NCBI GenBank assembly: GCA_035516075.1
Contig: DATJAQ010000137.1
Location: 1 to 62,080, forward strand
DNA length: 62,080 bases
Source of the DNA: Terriglobia bacterium
Lineage (GTDB): Bacteria; Acidobacteriota; Terriglobia; UBA7540
Direction of reading: 5' to 3'
A program made the position numbers and the translations under genes. Positions 57,997 through 62,080 of the stretch are shown one piece after another. The stretch's first letter is position 1; each line of letters begins with the position of its first letter. Under the pieces are notes generated by a model. It searched no databases and was not told the DNA's origin. It saw only the letters and a list, made by a program, of their open reading frames with translations.

Positions 57997-59447
57997 TGGA
58001 CGTTCATCAACCAAAACTCGGGCTCAGTCTCCGGGTCGCGCAGAAGCAGATCCTCACGCCGGGGCTCGTGCAGATGGTCACCGTGCTCGCGCTCAACCGG
58101 CTGGAGCTGCGGGAGATGATCAACGAAGAACTGGTGGCCAACCCCGTGCTCGAGGAGATGACAGACGCCGCGCCGGTCGCCGAAGAAGTGCGCGAGAAGG
58201 CTGAAGCCGAGGCGGTCCCGACGGCCACGAACGGCGACGCCGCCCCGCCCGAGAAGCAGGACGCTTTCGAGCAGGTCGATTTCGGCTCGTTCTTCGACGA
58301 CTACCTCGACCCGGGCTTCAAGTCACCGGCGGCGGAACCGCTGGAAAGGCCCTCCTTCGAGAACTTCCTCTCCCGCCCCACCTCGCTCGCCGACCACCTG
58401 GAGTGGCAACTGAATCTCTCCCTCTGCCCCGAGCCCGTGCGCGAGGCGGCCTATTCGATCATCGGCAACCTGAACGAGGACGGCTATCTCACGGCAACGA
58501 TCGACGAGATCGCACAGAGCGGCAACCACACTCCGGAGGACGTGGAAGGCGCCCTGACGCTGGTGCAGAGCCTCGATCCGCCGGGCGTGGCGGCGCGCGA
58601 CCTGCGCGAGTGTCTGCTGCTGGAGCTGAAGGTGCTCGCGCCCGAGAATCGACTGGCGGAGCGCATTGTTTCCGAGCACCTCGACAAGCTTCAAAACCGC
58701 CAGTACAAGGAAATCGCGCGCGCGCTCGACCGGCCGCAGCCCGCCGTCGAGCGGGCCCTGGCGCTGATCCGGACGCTCGATCCCCGGCCCGGCCAGCGCT
58801 ACAACGTTAGCGAGCCGCGCGCCATCGAGCCCGATGTGGCCATCGTCAAGGTCGGGGACGAGTACAAAGTGCTCATGAACGAGGACGGGATGCCCCAGCT
58901 CCGGTTGAGCCACCGCTACCGGCGCATGCTCCAGGAGGACGGGACCAGCCGCGACGTGCGTAACTACGTAAAGGAGCGCTTCAACTCCGCTTTGCAACTT
59001 CTCAAGAATATCGAGCAACGCAAGCAGACCATCATGAGGGTGTGCCAGGTGATTGTCGAGCGCCAGCGGGAGTTTCTCGACAAGGGCGACGATTATCTGC
59101 GGCCCATGATGATCAAAGAGGTGGCCGAGGTGGTGGGCGTCCACCCCTCTACGGTCAGCCGCGCGGTTGGGAACAAGTACGCTGAGACTCCGCAAGGGGT
59201 GCGCGAGCTGCGATCATTCTTCTCCGAGGCCGTTCAGGGTCCGGCCGGGTCGGCCCTGCCGCTGGTCAGCCTGAAGCGTGCCGTGAAGCGCATGATCGAG
59301 GAGGAAGACTCGGCTCGCCCCCTGACGGACGACCACATCACCCTGCGTTTGCACCAGATGGGCATCTCGGTGACGCGCCGCACCGTCGCCAAGTACCGTG
59401 AAGACATGCAAATACCGAGTACCCACCATCGGCGGAGGAAGTCGTGA
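57996..59447 (+). CDS. rpoN: RNA polymerase sigma-54 factor
   Basis: Region I is QKQILTPGLVQMVTVL. The C-terminal HTH and RpoN box are present (ARPLTDDHITLRL..GISVTRRTVAKYRE). Confidence 0.95.
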   Translation: MDVHQPKLGLSLRVAQKQILTPGLVQMVTVLALNRLELREMINEELVANPVLEEMTDAAPVAEEVREKAEAEAVPTATNGDAAPPEKQDAFEQVDFGSFFDDYLDPGFKSPAAEPLERPSFENFLSRPTSLADHLEWQLNLSLCPEPVREAAYSIIGNLNEDGYLTATIDEIAQSGNHTPEDVEGALTLVQSLDPPGVAARDLRECLLLELKVLAPENRLAERIVSEHLDKLQNRQYKEIARALDRPQPAVERALALIRTLDPRPGQRYNVSEPRAIEPDVAIVKVGDEYKVLMNEDGMPQLRLSHRYRRMLQEDGTSRDVRNYVKERFNSALQLLKNIEQRKQTIMRVCQVIVERQREFLDKGDDYLRPMMIKEVAEVVGVHPSTVSRAVGNKYAETPQGVRELRSFFSEAVQGPAGSALPLVSLKRAVKRMIEEEDSARPLTDDHITLRLHQMGISVTRRTVAKYREDMQIPSTHHRRRKS

Positions 59448-59491
59448 GCTTTCCCTTGCCCTCGCCCATACTTGAGGCCGGAGGCCCGCCC

Positions 59492-60028
59492 ATGCAAATC
59501 GAATACACCGGCCGGCAAATTGACATCACGCCGGACCTGCGCCAGTACACCGAAGAGCGATTGAACAAAGTTACGCGCCTGCTGCGCGACCGCTACAGCC
59601 TGCACGTGATCCTGACCGCGGAACGGCACCGGCGCATTGCGGAGATCACCCTGAAGTTCCGCGACCACTCCGTGGTGGGCATCGACCGCACCGCCGATGC
59701 GCGGAGTTCCATCAACGGCGCGCTCGACAAGATCGAGCGCCAGGTGGTGCGCCTATTGGAGCGCAGCCGAACGCGCAAGCGGAGGCCTAAGCCCACCTCC
59801 ACTGTGGTGCTCAACCTGTTGGCCGGTGCGCGGGTGGATCATCACGAGCACGAGGTTCTGGAAACCGAACGCATCGCCATCAAGCCGCTTGCCGTCGACG
59901 AAGCGATCGAGTCCGCCGATCTCACCCGCCGCGGAGTGGTGGTGTTCCGCAACTCCGAAACCGACCGCGTTAACGTGATGTACCGCCGCGCCGATGGCAA
60001 GCTGGCTCTGATTGAACCAGTGTCGTGA
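59492..60028 (+). CDS. hpf: ribosome hibernation-promoting factor (long form)
   Basis: The N-terminus MQIEYTGRQIDITPDLRQYTEERL and a C-terminal dimerisation domain (IAIKPLAVDEAIESADL..VVFRNSETDRVNVMYRR) are present. GGAGG lies upstream. Confidence 0.9.
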   Translation: MQIEYTGRQIDITPDLRQYTEERLNKVTRLLRDRYSLHVILTAERHRRIAEITLKFRDHSVVGIDRTADARSSINGALDKIERQVVRLLERSRTRKRRPKPTSTVVLNLLAGARVDHHEHEVLETERIAIKPLAVDEAIESADLTRRGVVVFRNSETDRVNVMYRRADGKLALIEPVS

Positions 60029-60069
60029 GGGCGGCGGCAGGTCGGAGTCGGCTGGGCGCGAGGGGAGGG

Positions 60070-60106
60070 GCGCAGGGGCGCGTTTGAAGCCGGCCCCTGC
60101 GCTTTC
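60070..60106 (+). terminator. hairpin GCGCAGGGGC-N13-GCCCCTGCGC followed by TTT, downstream of hpf
   Basis: It is a perfect 10-bp GC-rich stem, but the loop is long and the T-run is only 3 nt. Confidence 0.4.
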
Positions 60107-60227
60107 GGCAGCCGAGAGAACGGATCGCGGCGCTGGAATCGGACTGACAATGGCCGTGGTCGCCCCGGCGCGGCCGGTTTCGCAACAACTCACCGGCGAG
60201 CTGCCCTGAGCGCCCGCGACTGACTCT

Positions 60228-61118
60228 ATGAAACGTGCCTCAGCGCAGTCGCCTCTCTCCCGCTTCGTGCTGATTACCGGCTTGAGTGGGGCGGGGAAGG
60301 GTTCGGCGCTACGAGCCTTCGAAGATCTCGGTTACTACTGCGTCGACAACCTGCCCACTAACCTCATTCGCACCTTCCGCGACCTCTGTTTCGCGCCCAA
60401 CAGCCGGATCACGAAGGCCGCGGTGGCGGTGGACATCCGCGAGAGGCAGGCCATCAGCCAGCTCCCCTCCCTTTACGCAAAACTCCTGAAGGAGGAGCCG
60501 CAGCCCTCGCTGCTTTTTCTCGATGCCTCGGATGAGGCCATCATTCGCCGCTTCGAAGAGACCCGCCGGCCTCACCCGCTCGGCAGCGATCTCCCCCTGC
60601 AGGATGGCATCAATCGCGAGCGGCGCCTGCTCCGGCGCGTTCGCCAGCTCGCCCACCAGATCATCGATACCACCCGGCTGAACGGCCACGAGTTGCGCCA
60701 GATGATCCTGGGCCGCTTCGGCGGCGGGAAGACGTCGAAGACCATGCCGATCTCGATGGTTTCGTTCGGATTTCGATTCGGTTTGCCGCCCGATGCCGAC
60801 CTCGTCTTCGACGTCCGCTTCCTCCCCAACCCCAACTACGTGCGGGAGCTCAAGCGCAAGACGGGCCGCGATCCAGAGGTGGAACGCTTTATGGACGCCG
60901 CGCCCGCTACCCGCGAGCTCATTGAGCGTGTCTCGGACCTGCTGCTCTACCTGCTCCCCCATTACCTCCGCGAAGGCAAGAGCTACTTGACCATCGCCGT
61001 TGGCTGCACCGGAGGCCGTCACCGCTCCGTGCTGGTCGCTGAGCGCCTGGCCTCAGCACTGTCCGACGAGGGCTACGAATCCAAGGTGATCCACCGCGAC
61101 ATCGGCCGGGCGGCCTAA
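60228..61118 (+). CDS. rapZ: RNase adapter protein RapZ (P-loop NTPase)
   Basis: The motifs VLITGLSGAGKGSALRAFEDLGYYCVDNLP and IAVGCTGGRHRSV match RapZ. Confidence 0.93.
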   Translation: MKRASAQSPLSRFVLITGLSGAGKGSALRAFEDLGYYCVDNLPTNLIRTFRDLCFAPNSRITKAAVAVDIRERQAISQLPSLYAKLLKEEPQPSLLFLDASDEAIIRRFEETRRPHPLGSDLPLQDGINRERRLLRRVRQLAHQIIDTTRLNGHELRQMILGRFGGGKTSKTMPISMVSFGFRFGLPPDADLVFDVRFLPNPNYVRELKRKTGRDPEVERFMDAAPATRELIERVSDLLLYLLPHYLREGKSYLTIAVGCTGGRHRSVLVAERLASALSDEGYESKVIHRDIGRAA

Positions 61119-61132
61119 CGCCCGCCGCGGGC

Positions 61133-62017
61133 TCATCGTGGCGAAGGCCCGAGCCCCGCGTCCTCGGCCGCCACGCGGGCGAGCGCCGACCAGTCCGCTT
61201 CACCCAGTCCGCGCGCCACCCCGGAGAGCAGATGATCGTGCACCAGGCTGGCGAGCGGCATGGGCGCTACAGCGGAATCCGCGGCGGCCAGCACCAGCCG
61301 CACATCCTTAAGGCCGAGCGTCATCTTAAAGCCCGCCGGCTCGAACCGTTCTTCCGCCATCAAGCGCCCGTAGGTATCGTACACTGGCGACTGGAAGAAA
61401 GTGAGCACTTCGAGAAACTGCGCCGGCGCAACCCCGGACTTTCGCGCTAGCGCCAGCGCTTCGCTCACGGCCTCCAACATGGACGCAATCATGAAATTGC
61501 CCGCCAGCTTCAGGGTGTTGGCCATGGCGGGGTCGGCGCCGAGCACTACCAGCTTGCGGCCGAGCGATTCGAGCAGGGGACGGGCGCGCTCCACGGCCGC
61601 GGCCTCTCCGCCTGCCACCACTAGCAATTGGGCGGCCGCCGCCGCCGGCGGCCGGCCAAACACCGGGGCCGACACGAAGTTCTGGCTGCGCCGGCCGTGC
61701 TCCTCCGCCAGGCGGCGCGAAAGCGCCACGCCGATGGTGCTGTGCGAAACGTGCAGGCCGCCCGGGGGTAGGGCGCTGAGAATGCCGCCTTCGGCGAGGG
61801 TGCACTCCTCCACGGCGCGGTCGTCCGCCAGTATGGTCATCACAATGCCCGGCGCGCAAGCCTCCGCCACCGTCCGGGCCACCCGCGCGCCCTCCGCAAC
61901 GAGGTCTTCGGCGCGGCTTGCAGTGCGGTTGAACACCGTCAGATCGTGCCCTGCCCGGAGCAGATTGCGCGCCATGGGCTGCCCCATGTTGCCGAGACCC
62001 ACGAATCCGGCTTTCAT
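61133..62017 (-). CDS. NAD(P)-dependent oxidoreductase, 3-hydroxyisobutyrate / 6-phosphogluconate dehydrogenase-like
   Basis: The N-terminus MKAGFVGLGNMGQPMARNLLRAGHDLTVFNRT and the ..LKLAGNFM.. segment match the family. Confidence 0.85.
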   Translation of the reverse strand: MKAGFVGLGNMGQPMARNLLRAGHDLTVFNRTASRAEDLVAEGARVARTVAEACAPGIVMTILADDRAVEECTLAEGGILSALPPGGLHVSHSTIGVALSRRLAEEHGRRSQNFVSAPVFGRPPAAAAAQLLVVAGGEAAAVERARPLLESLGRKLVVLGADPAMANTLKLAGNFMIASMLEAVSEALALARKSGVAPAQFLEVLTFFQSPVYDTYGRLMAEERFEPAGFKMTLGLKDVRLVLAAADSAVAPMPLASLVHDHLLSGVARGLGEADWSALARVAAEDAGLGPSPR

Positions 62018-62080
62018 CGCTTCCTCCCCTAAACGTCGTGCTGGGAATAGATTCTCTAGACGTAGTCGAACAACGTCATA

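Overview
This is a GC-rich bacterial chromosomal segment. Its gene content (Pro/Ala-rich protein tails, a four-helix-bundle 'IVS-protein' gene, several GH39-like hydrolases, many type II TA pairs) suggests an Acidobacteria-like soil bacterium, but that is inference only. I support about 50 CDSs and saw no rRNA, tRNA, CRISPR array, transposase or integrase. Core blocks are: (1) a leucine-catabolic operon on the minus strand (carboxyltransferase, HMG-CoA lyase, crotonase); (2) sdhCDAB; (3) an alkD-like gene, thiL and PBP1A; (4) uvrA and recJ, divergent; (5) an lptC/A-like gene, lptB, rpoN, hpf and rapZ. Accessory content is: four type II toxin-antitoxin pairs (MazEF, Phd-VapC, AbrB-RelE/ParE, RHH-VapC); a GIY-YIG-like small protein; a frameshifted four-helix-bundle gene; two clan GH-A glycosidases plus a putative esterase; an orphan B12-radical SAM enzyme; a thioester alpha-2-macroglobulin with a DUF1175 lipoprotein, convergent with a PBP transpeptidase and a SpoIID-HExxH fusion; and a type III PKS / flavoprotein / YceI cluster. 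The least explained signal is non-coding, in four parts. (a) Two ~1-kb gene-free islands (22.3-23.4 kb and 51.9-52.9 kb) carry the same two repeat families ('A' ~100 nt, 'B' ~120 nt) in mirrored orientation, and both families share a CTGATTCYAAAG core. (b) A ~225-bp direct repeat pair lies at 38.0-38.7 kb. (c) Short tracts with a 7-9-nt period fill many intergenic spacers. (d) In inverted orientation, such tracts bracket the four-helix-bundle gene inside the leucine operon. No single protein-coding 'new system' can be proven from sequence alone; candidates are ranked in findings. Most long ORFs antisense to the called genes are treated as high-GC artefacts.
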